Positions 49,223 through 59,700 of a DNA stretch of 64,000 bases are shown here, in pieces. The notes beneath the pieces were generated by a model, which saw nothing but the letters and a program-made list of their open reading frames with translations, had not been told where the DNA came from and made no database searches. The DNA comes from an uncultured Chloroflexia bacterium (GTDB lineage: Bacteria; Chloroflexota; Limnocylindria; Limnocylindrales; CSP1-4), in assembly GCA_963755995.1 (NCBI GenBank), contig CAVWLQ010000003.1, positions 388,734 to 452,733 of the forward strand, read 5' to 3'. The translations under genes and the position numbers were made by a program. Each line of letters begins with the position of its first letter. Positions within the stretch are counted from its first letter, which is position 1.

Positions 49223-50173
49223 ATGGCCTCGGAGATCTCTTCGCCCGGGGAGAAGAACAAGGCGACCTACCGTCGTTTCGTCGAGGAGGTCATCAACAAG
49301 GGAAACGTCGAGGTCATCCCGGAGTTGTACCAGGCTGACTACGTCGATCACAGCCGTCCGCCGGGGGCGCCCGAAGGTCTCGACGGGGTCCGCATGATCC
49401 CCAAGATGTTCCGTGGTGCCTTCCCCGACCTGCATTTCACGATCGAGCTGATGGTGGCCGAGGGCGACCTTGTCGCCACGTACGTCACCGGCCGAGGCAC
49501 CAATGACGGCCCATTCATGGGTCACCCGGCGACCGGCAGGAAGGCCCAATGGGCGTCGATGGGCTTCTTCCGCGTCGCGGACGGGAAGATCGCGGAGCAC
49601 TGGGGGTCCCCGGACCTCCTGACGCTGCTCACGCAGCTCGGCGCGATCCCGTCGCCCGGTGGCGCGGCGCCTCCGCCCCAGGCGGCGACACCGCCGCGGA
49701 AGGCGGAGGGCCGGATCGACCCCGAGGAGGGCAAGCGGATCCTCCGACAGTACGTGGAGGATGAGTTCAACCGGCACGACCTGAGCGGACTCGACGACAT
49801 CCTCGCCGACGGCTACGTCTATCGGGCGATGGGCATGGAGATCAAGGGCCTCGATGGCTACAAGGCCACCGTCGAGCCGCTGTTCGTGGCCTTCCCGGAC
49901 GTGAAGAACACGACCGAGGAGATCATCGCCGAGGACGACCTCGTCGCGACGCGATGGAGCGCCAAGGGCACGCATCTCGGCCCGTTCATGGGCATTCCCG
50001 CCACCGGCAAGGCGGTCCAGCTCACGGGGATGACGATCGAGCGAATCGCGGGCGGCAAGCGGCTCGAAGGCTGGGGCGTCCCCGACATGCTCGGTCTGAT
50101 GGGCCAGCTGGGTGCCGGACCTGGGGCAGCGGGTGGAGCCCCGCCCGGAGGCTCGCCGGACGCGCCGCATTGA
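49223..50173 (+). CDS. tandem double ester-cyclase (two NTF2 domains) protein
   Basis: Domain 1: ...YRRFVEEVINKGNVEV...GPFMGHPATGRKAQWASMGFFRVADGKIAEHWGSPDLLTLLTQLG. Domain 2: ...GPFMGIPATGKAVQLTGMTIERIAGGKRLEGWGVPDMLGLMGQLG. The ATG at 49223 has SD GGAAGGAAGGA; the track start at 49205 is less likely. Confidence 0.7.
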   Translation: MASEISSPGEKNKATYRRFVEEVINKGNVEVIPELYQADYVDHSRPPGAPEGLDGVRMIPKMFRGAFPDLHFTIELMVAEGDLVATYVTGRGTNDGPFMGHPATGRKAQWASMGFFRVADGKIAEHWGSPDLLTLLTQLGAIPSPGGAAPPPQAATPPRKAEGRIDPEEGKRILRQYVEDEFNRHDLSGLDDILADGYVYRAMGMEIKGLDGYKATVEPLFVAFPDVKNTTEEIIAEDDLVATRWSAKGTHLGPFMGIPATGKAVQLTGMTIERIAGGKRLEGWGVPDMLGLMGQLGAGPGAAGGAPPGGSPDAPH

Positions 50174-50219
50174 CGAACGCACCGCATCCGACCATGGCTG
50201 AGACCCAGAAGGAGTCCTG

Positions 50220-51107
50220 ATGTCGCTCGCAGAGGAACAGCAGAACAAGGAGATCGTCACGGCGTTCGTCAAGGCGACGAACAAGCTCGAGCTCGACAAG
50301 CTCGACGACATGGTCGTCGAGGACTACGTCGAGCACCAGCCGATCCCCGGTCAGCCGCCCGGCCGCGAAGGCCTGAAGTGGGCGTACAAGGTGTTCAACG
50401 AGCCGTTCCCCGACCTCGAGTTCGATTTCGCCGATGTCATCGCGGAGGGCGACCTCATCGTGGGGCGGGGGATCGGCGAAGCGGTCAACAAGGGCAGCTT
50501 CATGGGCATCCCGCCGACCAACAAGCCGGTCAAGTGGAGCGGCACGCGCCTGTTCCGGATGAAGGACGGCCGCCTCGTCGAGGGCTGGATCAACATCGAC
50601 ATGCTCGGGATGATGCAGCAGCTCGGCGTGGTGCCCGCGTCACCGCCCGGTCCACCGGCGCCGGCGACCCGGCACATCACCGGGGCGCCCTCGACGCGCG
50701 AGGCGAACCACGCGCTCATGGAGCGGTTCATCGACGAGGTCTGGAACAAGGGCAACCTCGCGGTCGCCGACGAGCTGTTCCATCCCGAGGCATCCAGCCC
50801 CAGCGCGCCGACCCTCCCGCTGGGCGCCGAGGGCGTCAAGTTCATCGTGAACATGATGCGCAACGCGTTCTCCGACTACTGGATGGAGATCACCCACATC
50901 GTGGCTGAGGACGACCGGGTCGCCGCCCGGTTCCGCCAGGGTGGCACGCACGACGGCGACCTGATGGGCATCGCTCCGACCGGCAAGAAGGTCGAGTGGA
51001 CCGAGATCGGCATCCTCCGGATCGCCGACGGCAAGGTCGTGGAGAGCTGGTACGACGTCGACATGCTCGGGCTGATGGGTCAGCTCGGCGTCGGTGGCCA
51101 GAGCTAG
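50220..51107 (+). CDS. tandem double ester-cyclase (two NTF2 domains) protein
   Basis: Domain 1: ...GSFMGIPPTNKPVKWSGTRLFRMKDGRLVEGWINIDMLGMMQQLG. Domain 2: ...GDLMGIAPTGKKVEWTEIGILRIADGKVVESWYDVDMLGLMGQLG. SD GAAGGAG upstream. Confidence 0.7.
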   Translation: MSLAEEQQNKEIVTAFVKATNKLELDKLDDMVVEDYVEHQPIPGQPPGREGLKWAYKVFNEPFPDLEFDFADVIAEGDLIVGRGIGEAVNKGSFMGIPPTNKPVKWSGTRLFRMKDGRLVEGWINIDMLGMMQQLGVVPASPPGPPAPATRHITGAPSTREANHALMERFIDEVWNKGNLAVADELFHPEASSPSAPTLPLGAEGVKFIVNMMRNAFSDYWMEITHIVAEDDRVAARFRQGGTHDGDLMGIAPTGKKVEWTEIGILRIADGKVVESWYDVDMLGLMGQLGVGGQS

Positions 51108-51120
51108 CGGCGGGCACGCG

Positions 51121-51501
51121 ATGTCCACCGCCGAGGTCATCGATCGCTACTACGAGACGGCCAATGCCGGCGACTGGGATGCCTGGTGCGACCTGTTCAC
51201 CGACGACCAGGTCATGGACGAGCAGCTGGCCGGCCATATCGAGAGCCTGGCCACGCTGCGGCCGATGATGGCCGGCATGGGCCGCGCCTATTCGAAGTTC
51301 CAGAATGTCCCGAAGCACATCGTCATCAACGGCGATGAGGCGGCGGTCGTGTCGCACATCTCCGCGGCCAACGCGGCGGGCGACCCGATCGAGGCGAACG
51401 TCATGAACTACTTCAAGCTCCGGGACGGCAAGATCGCCTACATGGCGAACTTCCACGACAGCGTGCCGTTCCGGCCCTTCCTCGACCAGAAGCTCGACTG
51501 A
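51121..51501 (+). CDS. NTF2-fold protein (SnoaL_2-like)
   Basis: MSTAEVIDRYYETANAGDWDAWCDLFTDDQVM...YFKLRDGKIAYMANFHD. The ATG at 51121 was chosen so the gene does not overlap the previous one. Confidence 0.6.
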   Translation: MSTAEVIDRYYETANAGDWDAWCDLFTDDQVMDEQLAGHIESLATLRPMMAGMGRAYSKFQNVPKHIVINGDEAAVVSHISAANAAGDPIEANVMNYFKLRDGKIAYMANFHDSVPFRPFLDQKLD

Positions 51502-51510
51502 GGGACGCAG

Positions 51511-53073
51511 GTGGCCGAGTTCGACTACATCGTCGTCGGGGCCGGCGCCGCCGGCTCGGTCGTCGCCAATCGCCTGACCGAGGACCCGGCCACGCGCGTC
51601 CTCCTGCTGGAGGCCGGCGGGCCGGAGGTGCCGCCCAACGTCCACGACGCGTCGATCTGGTACACGCTGCTGGGCTCCGACGTCGACTGGAAGTACTTCA
51701 GCGAGCCACAGGCCGGGCTCGATGGGCGCAAGACCTTCGAGCCACGGGGCAAGCTGCCCGGCGGGTCGAGCGACTTCTACATCATGATGCACATCCGCGG
51801 CCACACCTCGGACTACGACGGCTGGGCCGCCGACGGCGCGACCGGCTGGTCGTACCAGGACGTGCTGCCGTACTTCCAGAAGCTGGAGAACCAGGAGGAC
51901 ACCACCTCCCCGTGGGCCGGCCACGGCGGTCCGCTCCCGCTGACGAACGCCGGCAAGCACGACCCCAACCCGACGTCGCAGGCATTCATCGACGCCTGCC
52001 TCGAGCTGGGCTACCCCGCAACGGACGACTTCAACGGTCCGACCATGGAAGGCGCCGGCTGGCACCACATCAACGTGGTCGACGGCAAGCGCTTCGCCGC
52101 GTACCGGGCGTACCTCGAACCTGCCCTGCGCCGCCCGAACCTGACCTTCGAGACGGACGCGCTCGCCTCACGGCTGCTCATCGAGGACGGCCGGTGCACC
52201 GGCGTGGAGTACCTGAAAGGCAGCCGCCACCACCGCGCGCACGTGACCGACACGGGTCAGGTCATCGTCTCGGCCGGCGCCATCGAGTCGCCCAAGCTCC
52301 TGCTGCTGTCCGGCATCGGCGACCCCGACGAGCTGAAGGCCGTCGGCGTCGAGCCGCTGGTCGACCTGCCCGGCGTCGGCCGCAACTTCCACAACCACGT
52401 GCTGACAGGCGTCATCCACGAGTCGCCGCAGCCCGTGCCCGCCGGCCACCAGAACCTGTCGGAGAGCGCGCTCTTCCTGCGCTCCGATCCGGCCGAGACC
52501 GGGCCGGACCTGCAGATCGCGTTCGTCCACGTGCCGTTCAACATCATCGTCGGGCAGGGCCACCCGAACTCGATCAGCATCCTGCCGGGCCTCGTCCGGC
52601 CGAAGTCGCGCGGCACGGTCAAGCTGGCCAGCGACGACCCGACGGCCCATCCGCTGGTCGATCCCAACTACCTCGGCGAGGCGAGCGACATGGACAAGAT
52701 GGTCGAGGCGGTCAAGATCGCGCGCCGGATCTTCGCCACCAAGGCGTTCGCGCCCTGGACCGGAGCTGAGCTGATGCCGGCGGACGACCCCAAGACCGAT
52801 GACGAGCTGCGGACGTTCCTCCGCGCGACCGCCGACTCGTACCACCACCAGGCGGGCTCGTGCCGGATGGGGACCGACGACCTCGCGGTGGTCGATCCCA
52901 CGCTCCACGTGCGGGGCGTCGCCGGGCTGCGCGTCGCGGACGCGAGCGTCATGCCCGCGGTCCCCTCGGGCAACTGCCACGCTGGGATCCTGATGATCGC
53001 CGAGCGCCTCTCGGACTGGCTCAAGGCCGAAGCCGCCAGCGGCGCCGCCACGACCGCCGGATCGCAGGCATGA
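51511..53073 (+). CDS. GMC-family FAD oxidoreductase (choline/alcohol dehydrogenase-like)
   Basis: FDYIVVGAGAAGSVVANRLTEDP..VLLLEAGG. Also GGSSDFYIMMHIRG, and C-terminal ...YHHQAGSCRMG...LRVADASVMP. Confidence 0.9.
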   Translation: MAEFDYIVVGAGAAGSVVANRLTEDPATRVLLLEAGGPEVPPNVHDASIWYTLLGSDVDWKYFSEPQAGLDGRKTFEPRGKLPGGSSDFYIMMHIRGHTSDYDGWAADGATGWSYQDVLPYFQKLENQEDTTSPWAGHGGPLPLTNAGKHDPNPTSQAFIDACLELGYPATDDFNGPTMEGAGWHHINVVDGKRFAAYRAYLEPALRRPNLTFETDALASRLLIEDGRCTGVEYLKGSRHHRAHVTDTGQVIVSAGAIESPKLLLLSGIGDPDELKAVGVEPLVDLPGVGRNFHNHVLTGVIHESPQPVPAGHQNLSESALFLRSDPAETGPDLQIAFVHVPFNIIVGQGHPNSISILPGLVRPKSRGTVKLASDDPTAHPLVDPNYLGEASDMDKMVEAVKIARRIFATKAFAPWTGAELMPADDPKTDDELRTFLRATADSYHHQAGSCRMGTDDLAVVDPTLHVRGVAGLRVADASVMPAVPSGNCHAGILMIAERLSDWLKAEAASGAATTAGSQA

Positions 53074-53672
53074 GCCCCGCCGCCAAGAAGGTCGGGATCC
53101 TCATGGAGAGCGACTTCTACGAGGACGAGATCTTCTACTACAAGCACCGGTTCCCGGAGGAGGGGATCGAGATCCACTGGCTGACGCGGCTGTGGGGCCA
53201 GGAGCGGATCACCTTCCACGGCCACGAGTACCGGGCGCCGTTCGAGGTCAGTGAGTCGTTCGAGGGGATGTCCGACGCCGAGCTCCGGTCGTACGCGGCG
53301 ATCATCGTCCCGTCGGCCATCGTGTCGGATCGGCTGCGCTACACCGACGACGTCACGAAGCTCCCACCGGCGACGGAGTTCCTCGCCCGGGCCTTCGCCG
53401 AGACGAACATCGTCAAGGGCATCATCTGCCACGGCATGTGGCTGGTGGCACCGATGCCGGAGCTCATCCGCGGCCGGCCCGTCGTGGCCCACAACAATCT
53501 CCATGGTGACGTGGTCAACATGGGTGCCATCTACACGGATCAGGACGTCGTGATCGACGGGGACCTGATCACGGGACGGACAGGCGGGCACTGTCACCTG
53601 TTCGCGCGGGCGATCATCGACGCGATCGCCGCCAAGGACGGTCCCGCGACGTCGGGGTCGGCGCGCGGCTGA
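53070..53672 (+). CDS. DJ-1/PfpI-family protein
   Basis: ATGA overlap with the GMC gene. KKVGILMESDFYEDE...AIIVPS...KGIICHGMWLV (Cys-His elbow)...DGDLITGR. Confidence 0.75.
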   Translation: MSPAAKKVGILMESDFYEDEIFYYKHRFPEEGIEIHWLTRLWGQERITFHGHEYRAPFEVSESFEGMSDAELRSYAAIIVPSAIVSDRLRYTDDVTKLPPATEFLARAFAETNIVKGIICHGMWLVAPMPELIRGRPVVAHNNLHGDVVNMGAIYTDQDVVIDGDLITGRTGGHCHLFARAIIDAIAAKDGPATSGSARG

Positions 53673-53706
53673 CCGGTCCCGCAACCAGAGAGAGGAGACG
53701 CGTTCG

Positions 53707-54138
53707 TTGGCGACCCTGGAGTTCCATCACATGGGCCTGGTCTGTGCGGACATGGCCGCCACGGAGCGCTTCTACAGCCGCTGGTTCGGGTTCGAGCGGA
53801 CGCGCGTCGTCCCGCTCGGCGAGGGCGACCAGATCATCTTCCTGAGGTCCGGGCCGCTCTACCTCGAGCTGTTCAACGCCAAGCTCCCGAGCCCGCTCGC
53901 TGCCCCGACCGGCACCGGCCCGGACCATCCGGGCTGGCGCCACATCGCGTTCAAGGTCGACGACGTCGACGCCAAGCTGGCCGAGATGGGCGCCGATGCC
54001 CACATCACGGCCGGACCGATGGACTTCGACGCGTTCATCCCCGGCTGGCGCTCGGCCTGGGTGGCCGACCCGGACGGCAACATCGTGGAGATCAGCCAGG
54101 GCTACGTCGACGAGACGGACCCGCCGCCGGCACCCTGA
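53707..54138 (+). CDS. VOC (glyoxalase I/extradiol dioxygenase-fold) protein
   Basis: FHHMGLVCADMAATERFYSRWFGF...GWRHIAFKVDDVDA...WVADPDGNIVEI. TTG start with SD GAGAGGAGA. Confidence 0.75.
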   Translation: MATLEFHHMGLVCADMAATERFYSRWFGFERTRVVPLGEGDQIIFLRSGPLYLELFNAKLPSPLAAPTGTGPDHPGWRHIAFKVDDVDAKLAEMGADAHITAGPMDFDAFIPGWRSAWVADPDGNIVEISQGYVDETDPPPAP

Positions 54139-54160
54139 CGACCGGACGCGATCGAATCGA

Positions 54161-54186
54161 AAGGCCCGCCGGGACCGGCGGGCCTT
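54161..54186. terminator. intrinsic-terminator-like hairpin between convergent operons
   Basis: AAGGCCCGCCG-GGAC-CGGCGGGCCTT forms an 11-bp perfect stem followed by TCTCGTT. It lies 23 nt after the stop at 54138. Confidence 0.6.
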
Positions 54187-54200
54187 TCTCGTTGCACGGT

Positions 54201-54224
54201 CGTCCGGGCGGCGTCGCCCGGACG
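54201..54224. terminator. second perfect hairpin, adjacent to the stop of the minus-strand AGE-STAS gene
   Basis: CGTCCGGGCG-GCGT-CGCCCGGACG forms a 10-bp perfect stem. It lies 5 nt from the stop at 54229 and has no clear U-tract. Confidence 0.5.
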
Positions 54225-54228
54225 CCGG

Positions 54229-56454
54229 TCAGTCCGGCTTCTTGCCCAGACCGTCCGGATCGCGGAACGGGTCGTAGCTCTCGACGACGTTGATGTCCTC
54301 CTGGTCCGGATCGGCCTTCCGGAGCGCCTCGGCCACGGCCTTGTTCGGGCCGACCGCGTAGATGTCGGCCCGGTCGGAGATGTCCATCCGCTGACGGGCG
54401 AACAGCAGCACCCGGATCCCGACGTTGGCGATCGAGTCGAGGTCCTTCAGGTAGAGCACGAGCCGGGCGGGCTTCTTGGCCAGGACGTTCTCGACCTCGG
54501 TCTGGAAGATGCCGAAGGTGCTCGTGTCGAGCTTGCCGGTGAGCGTCATCTCGGCGACGTCGCCGACGATCTTGGTCGTGACATCGAACGGGTCGACGGT
54601 CGGCACGACCTGGACCCGGATCTTGTGCCGCTTCTTGTCGTCGGGGACGTGGACGGTCAGGCCGTCGGCGTCGAAGTCGGCGTACGGCTCGCCGTCCACC
54701 GCGACCTCGCCGATCCGGATGCTGCCCGGCGGCAGGATGTCCGGCGAGACCCGCAGGATGTTGTCCTTGAGGTTGCCCGGGATCGGGCTGAACCACAGGT
54801 CCATCGGTTCCTTGGTGATGAGCAGGTTGGTGTAGACGGTGGCCAGGTAGGCCAGCTCGAACGAGTGGTAGCCGGCCATCGAGTGGCTGCCCTTCTGCCG
54901 CTCCGTGCCGAGCAGGTACGGGATGCCGTTGGACAGGACGTTGAAGTAGACCGAGCCCTCGTCGTAGTCGAAGAACCAGGCGTTGTAGAAGGCAGCCGCC
55001 TCGCGCCCGAGCCGGAGCGCCTCGTCGTTGCCGGTCGAGCCGGCCATGATCTGGTAGGCGAGGATGGCCTGCTCCTGCTGCCACCAGGCCTTGCGGTCGT
55101 GCCAGGTGAAGCGGGTCGCCTCCTGGCCGGGCTCGCGGACGCGCTCGACCACGTCGTACCAGCCGCCCCGCTGCTCGTCGCTGCCGACCGCGGGCATCGT
55201 CTCGTTGATCTTGTTGGCCAGCGCGAGATAGCGGTTGGCCGGGCGCATGTGGTGGATGCGCATCAGGTTCCAGGCGATCTTCAGGTTGTGCCCGACGACT
55301 GCGCGGTTCTGCTGCCAGCCCCAGGTCACGTCGTGGCTCCAGTCCTCGTGGAACCGCTCCTGGACGAACGGGCTGTTCTCGTCGTCGGGGAAGCGCTGCT
55401 CGATCGTGTCCGCGATCGACACGAGCATGTCCGCGTACTTGTCCTCGCCGGTGGCCAGCCACGTGTTGATCAGGTAGGCCGGGATGTGGTCGCCGACGGA
55501 GTTCCAGTTCTTGCGGGCGCGGTTGCGACCCAGCTCGTCGCTCTTGCCGTCGAACGAGATCGGGTCGAGGTGCGACCAGTAGCCGCCGTAGGTCGGGTCG
55601 TAGAAGAACCGCTCGAACAGCGAGATCGTCTGGTCGATGTCCTCGCGGATGCGCTTGTCGCCGGTGATCCGGTAGACCTGGCCGGGCCCGACCAGGGCGT
55701 AGATCTGCTCGTAGGCCGGGATCGCCTGGTAGTCGTCACCGAACTCCGAGGCGAGGATCTTCTTCTCGTTCGGCTCGCTGATCTCGATGGCGTGATACCA
55801 GTAGGTCACGCCCTCGCCGCTGTCGACATTGCGCAGGTGCTCGCGGAGGTACTCGACGCCACCCTCGGCCGCCTCGAGGAAGCGGTCCTCGCCGGTCATG
55901 TGGTACGCCGTGGACAGGCCGTAGATGAGCCGGGAGATGGTGTCCGTCTCCTGGCGGTCGCCGACCTTGTTGCCGGTCATGTCGATGCCGACCCGGTACT
56001 CGCGCCAGTTCGGCACGCCCTCGGGGAACTGGGCACGCATGTAGAAGTCGGCCATCTGCCAGATCTGCTTGACCCACCAGTCCGGCTTCTCGAACACGTA
56101 GTCCTGCGCCCGCGCGCCGGGGAAGGTGAGGGCCTTGGCCTCGTAGACGTGCGTGCCGCCTTCGGGGTAGAAGACGCCGTACACGAACATGTAGCGACCG
56201 GGCACGAGCATGTCGCGCATCTGGCCGGTCGCGTCGGCATACGGCTCGCCGAGGTTGCGGACGAGCTGGGCGTTGGTCGTGTCGGTCAGCTTGACCGTGA
56301 ACTCGCGGCCGTCGCTGGTCGTGATCGTGAAGGTGTCCGCGTTCCGGTCGTAGCGCTTGACGTAGCCCGCGATCGTGTCGGAGAACGAGAACGCCATCGC
56401 GTCCTTCGCCGCAGCCTTCGAGCCGGCCTTCGCCGGTGCTGATTTCACCGCCAT
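54229..56454 (-). CDS. N-terminal beta domain + AGE-like (alpha/alpha)6-barrel + C-terminal STAS domain fusion protein (741 aa)
   Basis: True start is MAVKSAPAK at 56454, with a GGAGG 7 nt upstream. Barrel signatures: YDPTYGGYWSHLD, VVGHNLKIAWNLMR, RGGWYDVV, KAWWQQEQAILAYQI. STAS-like tail: MTLTGKLDTSTFGIFQTEVENVLAKKPARLVLYLKDLDSIANVGIRVLLFARQ. The track ORF 54229..58272 is an out-of-frame read-through over glgX. Confidence 0.65.
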   Translation of the reverse strand: MAVKSAPAKAGSKAAAKDAMAFSFSDTIAGYVKRYDRNADTFTITTSDGREFTVKLTDTTNAQLVRNLGEPYADATGQMRDMLVPGRYMFVYGVFYPEGGTHVYEAKALTFPGARAQDYVFEKPDWWVKQIWQMADFYMRAQFPEGVPNWREYRVGIDMTGNKVGDRQETDTISRLIYGLSTAYHMTGEDRFLEAAEGGVEYLREHLRNVDSGEGVTYWYHAIEISEPNEKKILASEFGDDYQAIPAYEQIYALVGPGQVYRITGDKRIREDIDQTISLFERFFYDPTYGGYWSHLDPISFDGKSDELGRNRARKNWNSVGDHIPAYLINTWLATGEDKYADMLVSIADTIEQRFPDDENSPFVQERFHEDWSHDVTWGWQQNRAVVGHNLKIAWNLMRIHHMRPANRYLALANKINETMPAVGSDEQRGGWYDVVERVREPGQEATRFTWHDRKAWWQQEQAILAYQIMAGSTGNDEALRLGREAAAFYNAWFFDYDEGSVYFNVLSNGIPYLLGTERQKGSHSMAGYHSFELAYLATVYTNLLITKEPMDLWFSPIPGNLKDNILRVSPDILPPGSIRIGEVAVDGEPYADFDADGLTVHVPDDKKRHKIRVQVVPTVDPFDVTTKIVGDVAEMTLTGKLDTSTFGIFQTEVENVLAKKPARLVLYLKDLDSIANVGIRVLLFARQRMDISDRADIYAVGPNKAVAEALRKADPDQEDINVVESYDPFRDPDGLGKKPD

Positions 56455-56498
56455 TGCTATCCTCCTCGACAGTCCCTGCTGGACGCGGTCCCCCGCGG

Positions 56499-58639
<2,141 letters not shown>

Positions 58640-58643
<4 letters not shown>

Positions 58644-59549
58644 GCCCGGTCGCCCGAGGCGATCGGCGGGTCCAGCAGCACCAGGTTCTCCTTGGCCTTC
58701 TTCGTGTCGAGCGCCACCATGGCGCGGCCGTTGCGGGTGAGCGCCAAGCCTTCGGGCTTGCCGTCGAGCAACGGCAGCTCCCAGACCTCGTCGGCGCGGG
58801 CCACCGGATCGCCGACGACGAGCTCGCCGAGCCGGGCGATCGACTGTGACTTGTCGCTCAGCAGGTAGAGGTGGCGGTCCGGTCCGACCTCCAGGTCGCT
58901 GAAGTCCTCGCAGACGGCCGCCAGCTTGACCGACGGGTTCCAGACCGCGAGCGGCACGAAGACGTGATCGCCGTCGTCGGATCGGCCACCGCGCACCGCC
59001 CTGGAGTGCGGAGGTCGGCCCGAAGCCGGACGGCTCGTCGCCCGCCGGTCCGAACTCGACGAAGGCCGCGGGGTCCTTCTCCTTCGCGATCAGGAGGTGC
59101 CCGTTCTGCATGAAAGCCGCACCTTCACCCTGCGAGCTCTCCGCGTCGACCCATGAGTCGTGGAGCGGGTGCCCCTCGGGGATCTCGAGCGCGATCCGGG
59201 TGGCCACGGTGCGCGCCGCCCAGTCGAGCAGCTCGACCCGCGGCGGTGACTCCTGGAGGATGAGGATCCGGCCGGCACCATCGGCGCACACGGCCTCCAC
59301 CTGCGGATCGTCCCGCGGGATCAGCGACCCCTGCACGTCGGCCAGGTCGACGGTCTGCCAGACGTAGGCGCCGGCATCGTCATCCGGCAGCTCCACCCAG
59401 GCCGCGATCGAGGTCCGATCGCCAAACGCCACCATCGCCATGTCGCCGCCGGCCTCGCGCCGAAGGCAGACCCCGGACACTTCCTGGAGCGGCACATCTT
59501 CCGTTCGAAGGACCGAGAGTGTCGTCTCCTGGTCGCGTCCCTTGGCCAA
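58640..59549 (-). pseudogene. hypothetical beta-propeller-like protein (SdiA-regulated/YjiK-like?, tentative), one apparent frameshift near 58985-59000
   Basis: TTG start at 59549 preceded by GGGGGAGGGGGA. The N-part (...VSGVCLRREAGGDMAMVAFGDRT...EAVCADGAGRILILQESPP...) is in the frame of ORF 56499..59750. The C-part (DDGDHVFVPLAVWNP...LYLLSDKSQSIARL...KPEGLALTRNGRAMVALD) is in ORF 58640..58996. Confidence 0.4.
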
Positions 59550-59688
59550 TCCGTCCCCCTCCCCCAGATGCCATCCGTGTCCGGCATAGCCTACCCCGCG
59601 CGACCCCCCTGTCGCGCACGGATTCGGGCTATGGACACCAGCCATTCGGCTGCCGAGGGCGTGGAATCCGGCCGGCTCGCGGGGCGTG

Positions 59689-59694
59689 TAGATT
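59689..59694 (+). promoter_or_regulatory. putative -10 hexamer (TAGATT), leaderless start
   Basis: TANNNT 6 nt upstream of ATG 59701. Confidence 0.4.
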
Positions 59695-59700
59695 CCGCCC

